A stretch of DNA of 64,000 nt from Ascidiella aspersa (lineage: Eukaryota), in the NCBI GenBank assembly GCA_963924565.1, contig OZ004612.1, positions 9,548,001 through 9,612,000 of the forward strand, read 5' to 3'. Made by a program: the position numbers and the translations under genes. A model generated the notes under the pieces. The model had not been told where the DNA came from, did no database searches, and saw nothing but the letters and a program-made list of their open reading frames with translations. Shown here in pieces: positions 12,427-38,712 of the stretch (position 1 is its first letter; every line of letters begins with the position of its first letter).

Positions 12427-14248
12427 ATGTCTGAAAATGAACCAAAAGGATTAACAAAGGAGGAGGTTGCTGCTGCAGTGCATGACCCTGATCCCTCCAC
12501 AAAGGTTAGTAATTAGTAATATTAAAGATGTCAGAATTTTGACTTAGTAGATTCATGGTCAGTCTTCTTCAACTGATCCATGTAATTGGTTAATTGTTAT
12601 TCATGTGTAGATGTGTACAACCTTTTTACACACTGCTCATTAATCTGAAATTCGGTTGCACTTGTACATTATTTAAACTTTATAGAATGCCATTGTGGTG
12701 CATAGAATTTACATATAATTTTTGGTGCAGAATATTATAGGGTTGGTAATTTTTACCTGAGAAAATCACACTTTTTGTCCTTCAAAGTAAAATTTCTGTA
12801 ATGGCCCTTTTTAACGATATTGATGGAGTAAGAGCAAAAATATTACCAGGGTTCAATACTTTTACTTGGCCTAAATTTATGTAAACTAGTTTTCTTTCCA
12901 GTTCAGAAATCATGTTCACATTTTTACCAAAAAGCAAGTTGTACATTTGGCAACTAAATTTATTACAAAATTTCACTTTTACAGGATTTTATCATGCAGC
13001 AAACAATGTTGAGAATCAAGGAACCAAAGCGTTCACTAACATTTTACTCTAAAGTTCTAGGAATGAGGTTAGAATTTGTTGAAGACAAAGTGAATATTTA
13101 CCTAAACAGAGTGGTAGGGTATTATTAAGATTGATTCTGTTTATAATTCTTTTCAAAACATTTTATAAGAGACCAGAACAAGCTGTCTCTTTTTATGCAG
13201 GCTACTTTCACAGCTGCATTTTCCAAGTATGAAATTCTCTCTGTACTTCATGGGATACGCTGATCCAAAGGATGTTCCTGTAGATGAAGATGAACGAAAA
13301 AGATGGATGTTTCAGCAACCAGCAACAGTTGAACTAACGCAGTATGTAACCATTAGCTCATGAGATTTCCGGTATATCATATCCAGTCCAACATGTCTAA
13401 GAAGAAAACTAAATTCTAAGCGGACTTTTTTATTTTAATCTATTCCACCAGTTATCTTTGTAGTAGTCCCTGGTTTCGAGAAAAAAAATTTAAACAATTT
13501 ATGTCAGTAAATCCACCAATTCTATGGAACACTGCTAAACAAAGATCAAAAACAAAACAATAGAAGACAAACTATAATCAGCAAATTATTAAGTATATTT
13601 TTACAAAATTGTATTTCATATACCTAAAGTAAAAGCCTCTAAAGTTTAGGCAGGTGTACACAGCTTTAAATTATTGGTTATTATAAGCACTGAATGCTAG
13701 ACAATAGTATTTCGGATTTTCAAGTAATACCAACAATTATTTTTACATTGAAAGTGTGTTTAAAACACAAAGTGGTTTGTGATTATGGTAAAAAAACAAG
13801 TTCACCTATTGTTTAGCAACTGGGGTACAGAAACTGATGACTCTGTTTACCACAATGGCAATTCTGCTCCAAGAGGCTTCGGTCATATTGGAATATCTGT
13901 TCCAGATGTTTATGCTGCTTGTGCAAGATTTGATGAATTTGGTGTTGAATATGTGAAACGACCAGATGGAGGTAAGAAATCCTTTTTTTTTTAAACATGT
14001 GACAGAACAATAAATTCAGATGATGTCCATGGCCGACACAAAAGTTTTGCTGCTTTGTCTGAACTGTTGTTGTGAAACTTAATTTTATTTATTATTTAAA
14101 ATAAAATATTAAAAAATAAATAATATATATACAGTATCATTTACTACTTTAAAAATGTATTTCAGGAAAAATGAAAGGCCTGGCCTTTATCAAGGACCCA
14201 GATGGTTACTGGATAGAAATTCTCAACCCAAATGCAATCGCAAAATAA
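12427..14248 (+). CDS. GLO1: Lactoylglutathione lyase (glyoxalase I), 5 exons
   Basis: Exons 12427-12504, 12985-13067, 13201-13341, 13817-13971, 14166-14248. Motifs [71 protein letters not shown]. Confidence 0.97.
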
Positions 14249-14866
14249 TTTCTTGGCTTAAAAAATCACTATTTTATGTTTAGAAGGGCTGAAATAATTA
14301 TTCAAATTGTGTAGTTCATTTTTTAATTAAAAACAATTAATTTATTTGACTTTTTTAGTCATATCTCTAAGTCTTGTAAACTAATATTTTATTGTTGTAC
14401 TGCCTGGCAAAATTTACTTTTCATTCGTTGAAGGGGCGTGCAATAGATGAAAAATTATAAAATTACTTGCTTAGAGAAAAAATAAGTGGTATTTTTTTTA
14501 TTAGTTAGTGTCCAGTAATTTGAATGAATTACGTTAAATACAGAATTATGGTTCCAAATAGAAATGCAAGTAAAAAAAGTGTTATATGGCTGTAGTGTAC
14601 AGTTCAGAATATCAACAGTTATTTTTATAAAGGAACAAAAATGAGGTATAACGTCACTGTACAGTTTAGACTAAACAGTTATTTTTAGAAAGCAGCTCAG
14701 TAAAGACATTAGTTATGGGCATTAAGATTGGTTTATTTTTAACAATAAGTAGCATACACTATTTATTGGGTAATTTAAAATCATTTTATTTTTACAACTT
14801 AATTTTTACTAATAACTTTGCTCATTTGATTTGTAGCTGTTATTAAGGTGATACAGAATGAAATGA

Positions 14867-15421
<555 letters not shown>

Positions 15422-15752
15422 TTTTTACATTCCGCTATAATAGTAACCTTATACAACACAAACTCTTCACTATATTGTTACAATAACGATTGCATATTAT
15501 TTATTATTATTTGTTTTTTAACTTTTTGAGTTTTTGAAAAAAATGTCTTTTAAGCGATTACAACAACATTGACTTTGGGCAAATGTCACCCATTGCCACA
15601 ATATAATTGTATTTACATGTCACATTATATGCTAAATTACAAAATTTAGGTTAGTTGAGCATTTAACATAATATAGATATAGGCAGCAATTACAGTTTAT
15701 TGCACAGTTTTAGTTAGAAGACTATCAAATAGGATGTTTGTTGGACACTTTG

Positions 15753-16508
15753 TTATATAAGTTTGGTTTTGATTTCACAGAAGTTCCCAGTTACTTTGTC
15801 TCTGTCCGCATTTCCTGGTCTTTGTATTATACCATTCATTGCGATGAACACCCCATTATCAGGAAGAATAGCTAACGCACCAAAGGCAAACCCAATGTTG
15901 AAATCAGCATCTGAATCTTTGAACGTTTCTGGTTTGAAACAACCAGTCAAGACAATTTTCTAAAAAAATGATTTTTTTTATCTCTATAAGACACACAATT
16001 AACTAAATTGAAATATTAAAAGGGATACCTTGTCATGAATGTTAGATTCAAGAAACTTTCCAGTTTCTATCAAAGTGTCAGTGCCATGAGTTACGAGGAT
16101 CTTTCCTGCTTTTGAGCTTAAACATACTTGCAAAATGTCTTTTCTAAACATTGAATATATAAAGTTATGCAAAAACTTTACAAATAAATTTGTCAGCTAC
16201 CGGTCAGCGGATGTGATTTCCTGGGAATCTTTTCTGCATATTGTTTGAAATGCAACATTTGAGGTAATCTTAGCCCGTTTCAATATGCGAATTGATGCGG
16301 CCTCGTCAATTTCAAAAGCAAATCCACCCGTTCTTTTTGGATAGTCCTTGTCTATTGTACCTTTTTCAGAAGATAGTTAGAATACCATAAAAGTTTTATA
16401 GCCTTAACTAAAACGACCAGCGACATTATTAAACGTAATAAACTTGAATGAAGTTTAAAGTTTTGTAAAATTACCTCCAGTTTGCAAAACCAACACGTTG
16501 TCCTCCAT
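15753..16508 (-). CDS. Short-chain (N-terminal catalytic domain only) L-asparaginase-family protein, 171 aa, 4 exons
   Basis: Exons 16508-16475, 16360-16201, 16143-16029, 15959-15753 splice to MEDNVLVLQTGGTIDKDYP...CRKDSQEITSADR...ILVTHGTDTLIETG...IVLTGCFKPETFKDSDADFNIGFA...GVFIAMNG. Both class-1 asparaginase catalytic Thr motifs (TGGTI, HGTDT) are present. Confidence 0.9.
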
Positions 16509-16668
16509 TGCGGTTGCGCTTCAGGGGATTAACCCGAGACGAATGTTTACCATAACTGCCACGGGCGGCGGTAGGCGTCCGTAGTATGACGTAGCAACGG
16601 TTTTCACAGTCATTTGCCGGATAAAATTTCACTCAGCGTTATCTTTTCGCAAAACAAAACAATGACAA
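16509..16668. promoter_or_regulatory. 160-bp bidirectional promoter between the asparaginase and ANKRD6 genes
   Basis: The two start codons lie 160 bp apart head-to-head. The segment is CpG-rich, with gggcggcgg (GC box), a CRE-like tgacgta and an RFX-like gtagcaac. Confidence 0.6.
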
Positions 16669-28972
<12,304 letters not shown>

Positions 28973-30769
28973 AACGCGCCCGTTTTGCCGATTGGCCAGC
29001 CTCGGAATTCTGTTTTTAAAACCTTTAGGTCGCGATATGGTAACATTGCGAGCGCAAACTGCGATACATTAGCGCCAAGCGCGTAGCAGAAATCAAACTG
29101 ATCGAACAGACATTTAAAGACGATTCTTCTTTACAGCCATTGGAAGACGTCATAATCGTCATAATGGTCGTATAAGATTTAAAATCAAATCTTCAAATAA
29201 AATGATACTTTGCTGTCTCCTATAAGGCTGCTGTCTCTTATAAAAAAGTAAACTTGGTTTGTTCGCAAATTAACAGTTTTGCAACCTCTTTAAATTAACT
29301 ATGTTTCAAACAAAAATATATTTTGCATTTTTTGCTTTGTCATTCTCTTATGTCACATATGATTTATAACAGTCTATAAATTTGCAATTGCGAGTGACCA
29401 CTTTCTTTTCAGTGTTTAATCAATTGTAACAATACTTGCTATTAAATGTACATGTCTTTATAGCCCTATTAGGCTTCATGGACTCGACGAAAGTCACTAA
29501 ACGGTCTGCTATTATGTTGTTATCCACAAGGTGTCTATCGTCAACATTATTTTGAAACTCGATAATGTGGTGTTAGAGGTGTTCAGAATAACTGACGTAC
29601 TTATGATTTTCCCGTTAGCGCCCTTCGTTTTGCCTAACATTCAGGACCACTTATTGTCTTGTGGAATTCATGTCGTCTGTCCGTTGTGCTATGTTAAAAT
29701 AGCTTTAAAATCAAATGCACAATTTCTGCCGTTTTTTTATTAATTTAAGGCGCAATGCTTTATCATAATAATCTTTATTCATAAGTATTATTATAACCAC
29801 TGTTGCAGAATTATATAAGACTGGTCTGATTATAAGGTACTGCTTAAAAGGTGTCTGATATAATCGTTGTCAATTAATTGTGCTTAAATTTCTTTAATGT
29901 CCTTTACCTGCTTATTCGGTTTATTGTTGTAATTTTTTCTTAACTGTTATGAATCCTTTGCAAAAGACCTAATTTTTATTGATAGAAGCCACAAAGTTGT
30001 GTTTCCAATGTCTTGCTATACCCCGGCTCTTTTGGTACATTTTCAACATTTCTGTTTTGTAACTTTTTTAAACATTCCATTTGTGCCAACATTCATAGAG
30101 AGAATCTTCCCAAATACAGTATTGGAGTGGTATGTCTAAGCTCCAAAGTTTTGATATTACTTTGTTTCAAAAGTTCCTTTGGATTCACTGTATGTTATTA
30201 AGCACTGCCCATTGATGCTTTTTAAAATTTTAAATAAAATTGTGCAAAGCTGATATTTTTCAAAGAACACAACATGAAAAGCCAATATTTATATTCTTTA
30301 CCAATTTTATTAATTATACATTACACGGTAAGAAACAGCTGTTGATGCACCAAAACAGATTGAACTTCCCATTTTTACAAAAATATACAAATTATTATTT
30401 TAAGAACTTTATACAGTTCGATTATAGCTGCATTAAAATAAAAAAACATTCTAGTTAAATTGTAAAAAAGAGCAATGCAAGGGGTGCTGGTAGATTAAAA
30501 AAGAATAGTACAGCAGGTGTATTCCAAAGTGGCTGGTTAATAGGAATATTTAATTTTGATTACAACTTACAAGTATAACAAAAGAACAAACAAAATATTA
30601 CAATGCAAGCTTGTATGTTGCTACTATGATTGATTAGCTAGGTTGTTGCCCGCAAGCATGTAAATCACATGGACAACATTGTTTGCTCGATCTAAAACTG
30701 TTAAAAATGAAATGGGACTGCATTGCTTTGTATGAAATATTGTCAAAAGATGTAAAAGGAGGGTTTTAA

Positions 30770-31687
30770 TTAAAGGAAATAGGGTGTGGTAGTTCTTGCG
30801 GGAATTACCCTCATATTATCAGGTACAGCTCTGAACAACTTAGGTTCTCTCTCGTCCGGGCTATTAATTGACATAATAGCGGCAATGTTGCCACAGCGAT
30901 AACAGTAATTTGGTGCAGACCACACAGTTACGAGGTTCTCATTAAACATGTACTTGTAGCCGTCGTGTACTACCTGATGGGCTCTGCAAATCAACGACAA
31001 ATTATTAAGGTGAATAAACTCCTGCGTAACTTTGGCCCCGAAAAGCCACCCTGCCCCGCGATTGCTGATGGCCCAAGTGTCCACCTCCTCCGGGTCAGAC
31101 CAGACAAGGTCGCAGAAAGGTCCTTTGTGTGGGATTTCCTGTTGTCTGTCGATGGTCCGAATTTGATCGAGGGTCTTGATATCAGGGGATAGGCCGCCAT
31201 GAACACACAACACCCTAGAATCGATGATGGCGGCGATTGTTAGCAGGTCAAACACTTTGGTGCAGTATCTCCAAGCATTTGCATTGCCGTATTTTGTTTG
31301 GCACTCGTCATAGAATCCGTAAACCTGAGTGATCTGCCTGGTTTCATGGTTTCCTCGCAAAAGTGTAATGCGATTGGGCCACTTTGCCTTCAGAGTAAGT
31401 AGGTATGTGAAGGTTTCCAAACTGTAGTAGCCGCGGTCGACAAAGTCACCCATGAAGATGTAATTTGTCTCAGGAATTTCGCCTCCAGTGCGAAAGAGTT
31501 CCAGAAGGTCGTAAAACTGCCCATGGATGTCGCCACAAACTGTGACTGGTGTCGAAACAGGTTGGACATTTGATTCTTCCAAAAGCAGATCACAAACATA
31601 ATCACATAGTTGCTTCAAATCGTGTTCGGGAAGATATTTGCATTCCCTCGCCATTTCAATCATTTTGTCGATATTTATAGAAATCAT
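30770..31687 (-). CDS. PPP6C: Serine/threonine protein phosphatase 6 catalytic subunit, intronless CDS (305 aa)
   Basis: PPP motifs GDIHGQ, GDFVDRG, RGNHE and [13 protein letters not shown]6-specific [37 protein letters not shown] and C-terminal [13 protein letters not shown]. First ATG at 31687. Confidence 0.97.
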   Translation of the reverse strand: MISINIDKMIEMARECKYLPEHDLKQLCDYVCDLLLEESNVQPVSTPVTVCGDIHGQFYDLLELFRTGGEIPETNYIFMGDFVDRGYYSLETFTYLLTLKAKWPNRITLLRGNHETRQITQVYGFYDECQTKYGNANAWRYCTKVFDLLTIAAIIDSRVLCVHGGLSPDIKTLDQIRTIDRQQEIPHKGPFCDLVWSDPEEVDTWAISNRGAGWLFGAKVTQEFIHLNNLSLICRAHQVVHDGYKYMFNENLVTVWSAPNYCYRCGNIAAIMSINSPDEREPKLFRAVPDNMRVIPARTTTPYFL

Positions 31688-31772
31688 TATGAAAGTGGTC
31701 AGTGAAAAACAATAAAAACTAAAGACAAGCCTAAATTTTATAAAAAACAAAGTTGTTTAAATATAGTAGAAT

Positions 31773-32117
31773 GCGCTGGTCTAGAATCTCACCGCATTAT
31801 CTTCCTGGGGTTTATGTTGCTAACAAAAGTTGGGTTAGTGTGACAGTCAGCGTTTTGGTTCGGGTAAGTCAAGTATTATTAACATATTAATTCTAACATA
31901 TTTATGCGTTTTCTTGCAATTTTAACTTTGGCAACTTGTTTCCTGACTGTTAAAATAAATGTGGTAGGATTCTAGACCAGCAACATGGAAAAATAACTAA
32001 CAATAATACTTAACCCAGCCAAACCCAAACGGCCAAACGTCAACGCGCACTCTAACCCAAAAAATGTTAGCAATAGAAAACCCCGTATAAAATGTTGTAG
32101 GACTCTAAACCAGCGCC
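31773..32117. mobile_element. MITE-like element with long (about 70 bp) imperfect TIRs just upstream of PPP6C
   Basis: gcgctggtctagaatc...ggggtttatgttgctaacaaaagttgggttag pairs with ctaacccaaaaaatgttagcaatagaaaacccc...ggactctaaaccagcgc. Confidence 0.7.
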
Positions 32118-33826
32118 CTCTAAGGTTTTGTTTTATCAAAATAATTTTGGTTTTCGTGTTGAATGATTAAAGGTTGAGTATTTTTCATTTTAACTTTATC
32201 ATACAAGATACAACACAAAACGAGCTTTTAATTTCACTTCTTATTTCCTTTATTACCACGAATCAGTGAAGCGAAGCCTGACGTTATGTCACGGTTGCGC
32301 AATTCAAACTGATCATGGAAGTAGTACATAACAAGTTTTCTATGTTGCAATGATATAGTTTTTCTGCCGATATGCGCGGATTACGGGGTATGTGGCTCTT
32401 AAATAGTTTTTATAATTTTGAGTTTTAGGTTTTGCTTTCTTTTTGGCAATTCTAAGCTACTTTTTGATATTGAGGTCAACATATTTCTTGATATAATTAA
32501 TCAGTGGTAAAGTAAAAACAAATATTTTTACTTAAATACATAGTGGCAAAGTCTAACTCCGCTGCGAAATATAGAGTTAAAATAGGCCCATAATACTTTT
32601 TTGTGGAGGGGGGCATGGCCACGTGGCTAAGACATTGTAGAAACATATTTAGATTCGCCTGAAGCGCAAAATAATTGTTAAATTTATTTCGTTAAAATAG
32701 GCCAAAATATAGTTTGAGCCCCTCTTAGATCCGCCCCTGCTAGGGATGTTCGATATGATTGAAATGGAGTTGATAGCCTACGCCAGGGATAGTGAACTTT
32801 CTCATCGCGCGGGTCACAAACACGACCTCAAACCTTACAAAATGCACACGTGGGTCATATATTTAATTAGGCCTACATGCCAATTTTATGCGAAACTTTG
32901 CTGCTGCGTCGTTTTAAATCTTATCGTCTGGGTTGGTATAATCAATGTTTTTGGACGATTTCCAAATTAGGATTCTCACAAATATTAAAACCTAATATAG
33001 TCAACAAATGCTGCAGCACATTTTACAGCGATAAGCAATATGCTTTTAGTAGTCTGCTGCATTTGTTGAAAAGCAGTTAACGTAGACCTATTCAACAGCC
33101 CTAAAACACTTTTGCACGACCCACAGATGGGCAGCCCCGATTTGAACAGTAGCCTACAGTGCTCTTTAAAGCGAACAAATAATTTTTACATTTATCCTTT
33201 CCTGGATTTGTTCTATTTGTATAATTAAGTAGCGTTAGGGTTACACTTAGATGCATTAAATTAAATGTTTTCAATGACCTCGGAATGAGATTGTACGACA
33301 GTCTGCCTCTAAAACGCTTTCTAGCAAAGCGCTCAAGTGGATATCTCCCCAGTGACGTTATGACCTGATCTATTATAAAAAAAGACTGTTTTTTTACTAA
33401 TATCACGATTTTTTTGTTCGGTGTATGCTGTTTCTAGGTTTTCATTCGAAAAACGATTTACATTGTTTAAATACATCACCCTCTTTCAGCTTTAAATAAA
33501 CAATCCTGGTAAACATAACTTGTGTAAAAAGTTTAATAAACTACGCTAATTTAGCATGGTACAATTTATAAAGCAATTTAATCAGAGTGGTAATTCAAAT
33601 GCATGCAGGTTACATGAAATGTATATACAGAGCAATATACGAATAAAAAATGTATTGGTGTTTTCGCAACAAACCACGAATAAAGTTTGACAAAAGAGTT
33701 TTCTGGGCTTTGTTGTCGATTTTAAAATAATTCTTGACATCTTTAAAGACATTGCCTCAATAGCAGCATTTGAATGAACGAAGAAAAACAACATTCTTAG
33801 CAAATATTTAAACATGGCTTGATCAT

Positions 33827-35725
33827 TTAATCGACCTCCTCGATAACTGGACCCCTTCTCGGCGCATCTTGAGATGTGTTTGGGCCAGACGCACCACCAC
33901 CAGAAGAATAAAGGTTGCTCATCACGTCTTGGCATTTCCTCTGCAGCTCTTTGAAGTGTAACACCAACTCTTCTTTGCTGGCCTGCGAGTTGCCGTCCAG
34001 CCACGTCTGCTCTTCGTCACAAGCTTGGATCACCATGTTCCGATCTTCCTCAGATATCTTGCCTCCGGTGTTGGGATCCTCGACCGCGTTCTTGACGCCG
34101 TATAAGTAGCTCTCCAGCTCGTTTTGCGCCTTGAGCCTTTCCAGCTGCTTTGCGTCGTCATCCTTGTACTTCTCGGCCTCGGCCAGCATTTGCTCGATGT
34201 CGGCCTTGGAAAGCCGGCCCTTGTTGATTGTGATCTGGTTCGACTTGCCCGTGCTCTCGTCCTGCGCCGAAACCTGCAGAATGCCGTTGGCGTCGATATC
34301 GAACGACACCTTGATCTTGGGGACGCCCCTCGGCGCCGGTGGTATGCCGGAAAGGTCGAAATTTCCCAGGATGCTGTTGTCCTTTGTCATCGCCCGCTCG
34401 CCTTCGTACACTTGTATGCGAACGGAAGATTGACGGTCCGAGTAGGTGGTAAATATCTCCGAGACTTTACAAGGAATGCGACTGTTCCTTTCCACCAGCT
34501 TTGTCATCACACCTCCCGAAGTCTCGAGCCCTAGCGAGAGGGGAGCAACATCCATCAGGAGGACGTCAGTGACCTCTGATTTCCCGGTGAGGACAGCGGC
34601 CTGGACAGCCGCGCCGTAAGCAACCGCTTCGTCTGGATTAATTGACTTGTTCAGAGTTTTGCCGTTAAAGAAGTCTTTGAGGATGTTTTGTACGCGCGGG
34701 ATTCTTGTCGATCCTCCAACCAAAACAATCTCATGTATTTCCGACTTGTCCAGTTTGGCATCTCGGAGAGCTTTCCCCACTGGATCCAGGCAGGATCTGA
34801 AAAGATCAGCGCACAGATCCTCGAATCTGGCCTTCGTGATTTTGCTGTAGAAGTCGATTCCCTCAAACAACGACTCCAACTCAATTGCTGCTTCGGCCGA
34901 GGTCGACAAAACCCTCTTCGCTCTTTCGCAGGCCGTTCGAAGTCTTCTGATTGCGCGATTGTTGCTTGAGATGTTCTTTTTGTGCTTGCGCTTAAACTCG
35001 TTCACAAAATGATCCACCATTCGGTTGTCGAAGTCTTCTCCGCCCAAATGTGTGTCTCCCGCTGTTGACAGAACTTCAAAAATTGAGCCTTCGTCAATAA
35101 GCAAGACTGAAACGTCGAAAGTGCCGCCGCCGAGATCAAAAACCAAGATCTTCTGCTCGCCGCTCATTTTTTTGTCGAGTCCGTAAGCCAAGGCCGCCGC
35201 CGTGGGTTCGTTAATGACTCGAAGAACGTTGATTCCAGCGATGGTGCCTGCGTCTTTGGTTGCCTGACGCTGGGAATCGTTGAAGTAAGCAGGAACTGTG
35301 ATCACTGCGTCTTTCACAGGTTCGCCGAGGTAAGCTTCGGAAATTTGCTTCATCTTAGAGAGGACCATGGCGCTGATTTCCTCCGGTGAAAATCTCTTTC
35401 GTTCTCCTTGGTACTCGACCTCCAGGTTAGGCTTTCCAGCATTGTTGATAACCGAAAAGGGCCAATGCTTCTTGTCGCTCTGAACTGTTTCTTCATCAAA
35501 CCGTCTTCCAATCAAGCGTTTAGCGTCGAAAATTGTGTTGTTTGGATTTCTTGCCACCTGGTCTTTAGCGCCGTCTCCAATCAGCCTTTCAGTGTCGTTG
35601 AACGCCACATAACTTGGCGTGGTCCGATTGCCTTGGTCGTTAGCTATGATTTCGACCTTTCCGTGTCGAAACACACCAACACAAGAGTAAGTCGTTCCAA
35701 GATCAATTCCGACTGCTGTTGGCAT
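33827..35725 (-). CDS. HSP70: Inducible cytosolic Hsp70, copy A, intronless
   Basis: [32 protein letters not shown] and C-terminal GPVIEEVD. The IDEGSIFEV insertion is typical of invertebrate inducible Hsp70. True ATG at 35725; the listed ORF starts at an upstream GTG. Confidence 0.98.
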   Translation of the reverse strand: MPTAVGIDLGTTYSCVGVFRHGKVEIIANDQGNRTTPSYVAFNDTERLIGDGAKDQVARNPNNTIFDAKRLIGRRFDEETVQSDKKHWPFSVINNAGKPNLEVEYQGERKRFSPEEISAMVLSKMKQISEAYLGEPVKDAVITVPAYFNDSQRQATKDAGTIAGINVLRVINEPTAAALAYGLDKKMSGEQKILVFDLGGGTFDVSVLLIDEGSIFEVLSTAGDTHLGGEDFDNRMVDHFVNEFKRKHKKNISSNNRAIRRLRTACERAKRVLSTSAEAAIELESLFEGIDFYSKITKARFEDLCADLFRSCLDPVGKALRDAKLDKSEIHEIVLVGGSTRIPRVQNILKDFFNGKTLNKSINPDEAVAYGAAVQAAVLTGKSEVTDVLLMDVAPLSLGLETSGGVMTKLVERNSRIPCKVSEIFTTYSDRQSSVRIQVYEGERAMTKDNSILGNFDLSGIPPAPRGVPKIKVSFDIDANGILQVSAQDESTGKSNQITINKGRLSKADIEQMLAEAEKYKDDDAKQLERLKAQNELESYLYGVKNAVEDPNTGGKISEEDRNMVIQACDEEQTWLDGNSQASKEELVLHFKELQRKCQDVMSNLYSSGGGASGPNTSQDAPRRGPVIEEVD

Positions 35726-35800
35726 CTTGCTATTACTTGTAGCGGCTCTAATCACTTCTTGTTGCTGTTATTGTGATTTTGATGCTGAATGGGCGTTTCG

Positions 35801-35866
35801 AATATATATCGTTGACTTGTTTTGTGCAGGAAGCGAATTATTCATTCGAAGCTTCGCGAAGGTTTG
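35801..35866 (-). promoter_or_regulatory. Heat-shock element and TATA box of HSP70 copy A
   Basis: Inverted nGAAn array cGAAg-cTTCg-cGAAg-gTTTg at 35847-35866; TATATA at about 35802-35809. Confidence 0.85.
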
Positions 35867-37824
35867 TTTGCTCGAGCGCAAATTGCAAAGTAGACCACAG
35901 CGTCAGGTGGTGATTCACGAAAACGCAACGATTCAGGCCTACTTCGGACAAACCGTATCACAATTACTTTAAACAAGCAATGACGTTACCACCGGTTGCA
36001 AATTTTCAAAAAAACATTATGAAACTTCTTTTCAGGCGTTTTAAATTGGTTTCTTGTTTTCTGGTGTGCAACTGTGATTCACTTTATTTTATTCGGAATA
36101 TTGATGCGAAATTTACATTTTCATCACTAGTATCCACAGATACTATCATACTGCAAATAGTATCTTTCAAGATTTTGATTTTTGTCAACTTTTATAGTTT
36201 TTTTTATTACCTTCTGTTCATAGATCAACTTTGCAGTATGCCCGTTGTGTTTTAACCACTCATGTTAACTGAAGTGGATGTGGACAACGAAAAGCAATGA
36301 AAATCGTCTATAATGGTAGGCTAATCCTGAACAATGCGTTCGAAAGTGAGTTAAAATGTTACACCATAAATTGAAGTTGTTGTTAATTATTATTATTATT
36401 AATATAGCCTAATAATTTTAAATCAAAGACTACCACATGAAAACCATGTCACACCGCCGAACTTTTTTGCAGCCACCCGATTAAATTTGTTTTCAACACT
36501 TGTAGCGCTCAAATTAGGATAATTTGAGGTATTGTTAAGTCTGCGTTAGCACATGTGTTAGAAATTTTACGCTTCACGCAAACTGTGTGATAACTGCATT
36601 CAGGTGAACAGCCATATCACAGACTTGCTTATATACTCAAAAGAAAAAAAGAAAAATTCTACAGATTAAAATTAGGGATTTGACAAATTTCGTAACACCA
36701 TGAACAAAAAGGAGTCGTGGTTTCCGGCTATCTACTCTATTGTCGTTGCTAACTTTGTCGAAGCTAACGTCAGGGCTGATAAACGCTCGTTTTCCGACGG
36801 TGCAGTTCTGCACTTGATGACTCCGTCGCGTCACAGCTCATCGCATACTTTAGCAACATCGAGATTTATTAATCCTTATCTATAGTCTTTTTTTATACTT
36901 CTCAGTATATAAACTGGCTAACGCGCTCTCGTTTTAATTATTGACCCTAAGGAGGTCAGCTGGTATCTGCTGCCGAAACGTCGGTTTATACTTCGTTTTA
37001 CACCAGAAGAGCGATTTATATTCATTGATATGTTGCCTAGTGGGACTAACTCTATTTTTAACGATATTACTTTTAAAATTCCTAACAAGCGTGAACCATT
37101 TTAAAGCATATTTGTTAAGTGAGTATTTTTTCATAAAAATTTTGTTATTTTTTTAATTTTAGGAAAGGGCGCGAGTGATTATCAACTTGGACTTGAAATT
37201 AGCTGCAAATGGTTTATTAAAGTTTCGGAAAATATTCGGACTTTAATTTGTTAAAAATGAATTACTGATGAAACAGCTGACTAAACTAAGTTACGCCAGA
37301 AACGTAATCCATTACACAGCCGAATAACAACTTCCGCCATTCGCACTGACAACTTTTTCCTCGCTTTAGTTACCGCAAGGCAGGAAATACTGAAAGCATT
37401 CCGTCATTCTACATAAAACAAGCGAAAACCTAGCACATATATCAGTTTGTTAGGCAGAAATAGGAATGTATAGGCTTAGTACAAGTGTTAAGAAGCTATA
37501 TATCCCATACGTGTATTGGCATAGTAGAGCAATTGGATGATTTGATCCTTTGAAATTTGGCCTGATTTATTTGAGTTAAGTGCAAGATGCAAAATCTAAA
37601 CTATAATATTTTTCTCATAGTGAATTGTCTTATTAATTTGTAAGGCATTTCATTTGTGAAACTGAAAACAGTTGGACATATAACATTAAGTTTAATGTAT
37701 TTGTCTTCGCGCCCGCATCAGACGCCGTTTTCGTTTGCAAATACATCCCGAAGATATATAGAAATATAGTATATATGTGTTGTGCATTAAAGGTACCCAC
37801 GATTAACTATATAGGCTAACGACT

Positions 37825-38712
37825 ATGTCAAATTGCTCGCGACCAGAGTGGCAATGGACCACACAAGAAAATGAAGTTTCTTCCGACTCGGATTCCGACA
37901 CTGAAGTTCCTGATTGGCTTACATATCATAAAATTCATTGCTTTGACGATTTCGTTGAGTTCTTTGAAAAACGGGTTTTTCCCTCGCAAACAGATTTCTT
38001 TAATGGTGTTGATACCTACAAAGCTATGTTAGATCGCAGACTGGGTTTCCACGAAACCGAAGATCAGTTAAAAGTAGTTGTGAACGATTCACCAGCTGTC
38101 GAAAGTTTACAGCAATATGAACGTAAAAAAAGTACTGAGACTTTAGGTTCTGCTATAAACCCCGAAAAACCCAGATTGGTTCACGTACCACATGAATACA
38201 AATGTGAATGTTGTGTAGAAAGTTTTCCCTTATTGGCGCTTCTAAAAGCACACAAGAAAATACACTTCGGGGAAAAACATTTTCAATGTAAAATTTGTGA
38301 AAGTCGTTTTGGGGGGAGAAGGTTTTTGCTTAACCACAAGAGAAAATATCACTCAAAATCAAAGCTGTTTGTATGCGAAGACTGCAACAAGTGCTATCCA
38401 AAGGAATGCAAACTAAACAGACACAGAAGGTTATTTCACTTTGGAGAAAAACCTAAAAGATGTGAGTTGTGTGGAAAAGGTTTTCCCACACTCAAACACC
38501 TCCAGGTTCATCAACGATTTCACGCTGGTGAAAAGACGTACGAATGCGATGCCTGTGGATCCTGTTTTACCAAAAACTCACGTTTGGCTGCGCACATGAA
38601 AATTCACCTAGGTGAAAAAACACATAAATGCGAAATATCTGGATCTTGCTTTAGCCAAGACGGGGCTTTGGAAGAGCACGAAAGATGCCATGCAGAAAAT
38701 AGTAATTTTTGA
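37825..38712 (+). CDS. C2H2 zinc-finger protein (five intact fingers plus one degenerate), intronless ORF
   Basis: Repeated CxxC...HxxxH units with H(F/A/L)GEK linkers. The last finger CEISG lacks the second Cys. Acidic N-terminus with no recognisable KRAB or BTB domain. Confidence 0.9.
   Translation: MSNCSRPEWQWTTQENEVSSDSDSDTEVPDWLTYHKIHCFDDFVEFFEKRVFPSQTDFFNGVDTYKAMLDRRLGFHETEDQLKVVVNDSPAVESLQQYERKKSTETLGSAINPEKPRLVHVPHEYKCECCVESFPLLALLKAHKKIHFGEKHFQCKICESRFGGRRFLLNHKRKYHSKSKLFVCEDCNKCYPKECKLNRHRRLFHFGEKPKRCELCGKGFPTLKHLQVHQRFHAGEKTYECDACGSCFTKNSRLAAHMKIHLGEKTHKCEISGSCFSQDGALEEHERCHAENSNF

Noticed and set aside
33915-35776. Antisense and alternative-frame ORFs over HSP70 copy A, and likewise 48501-49522 over copy B
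   Set aside because: Antisense ORFs are a well-known shadow of Hsp70 codon usage; they are fragmented here.
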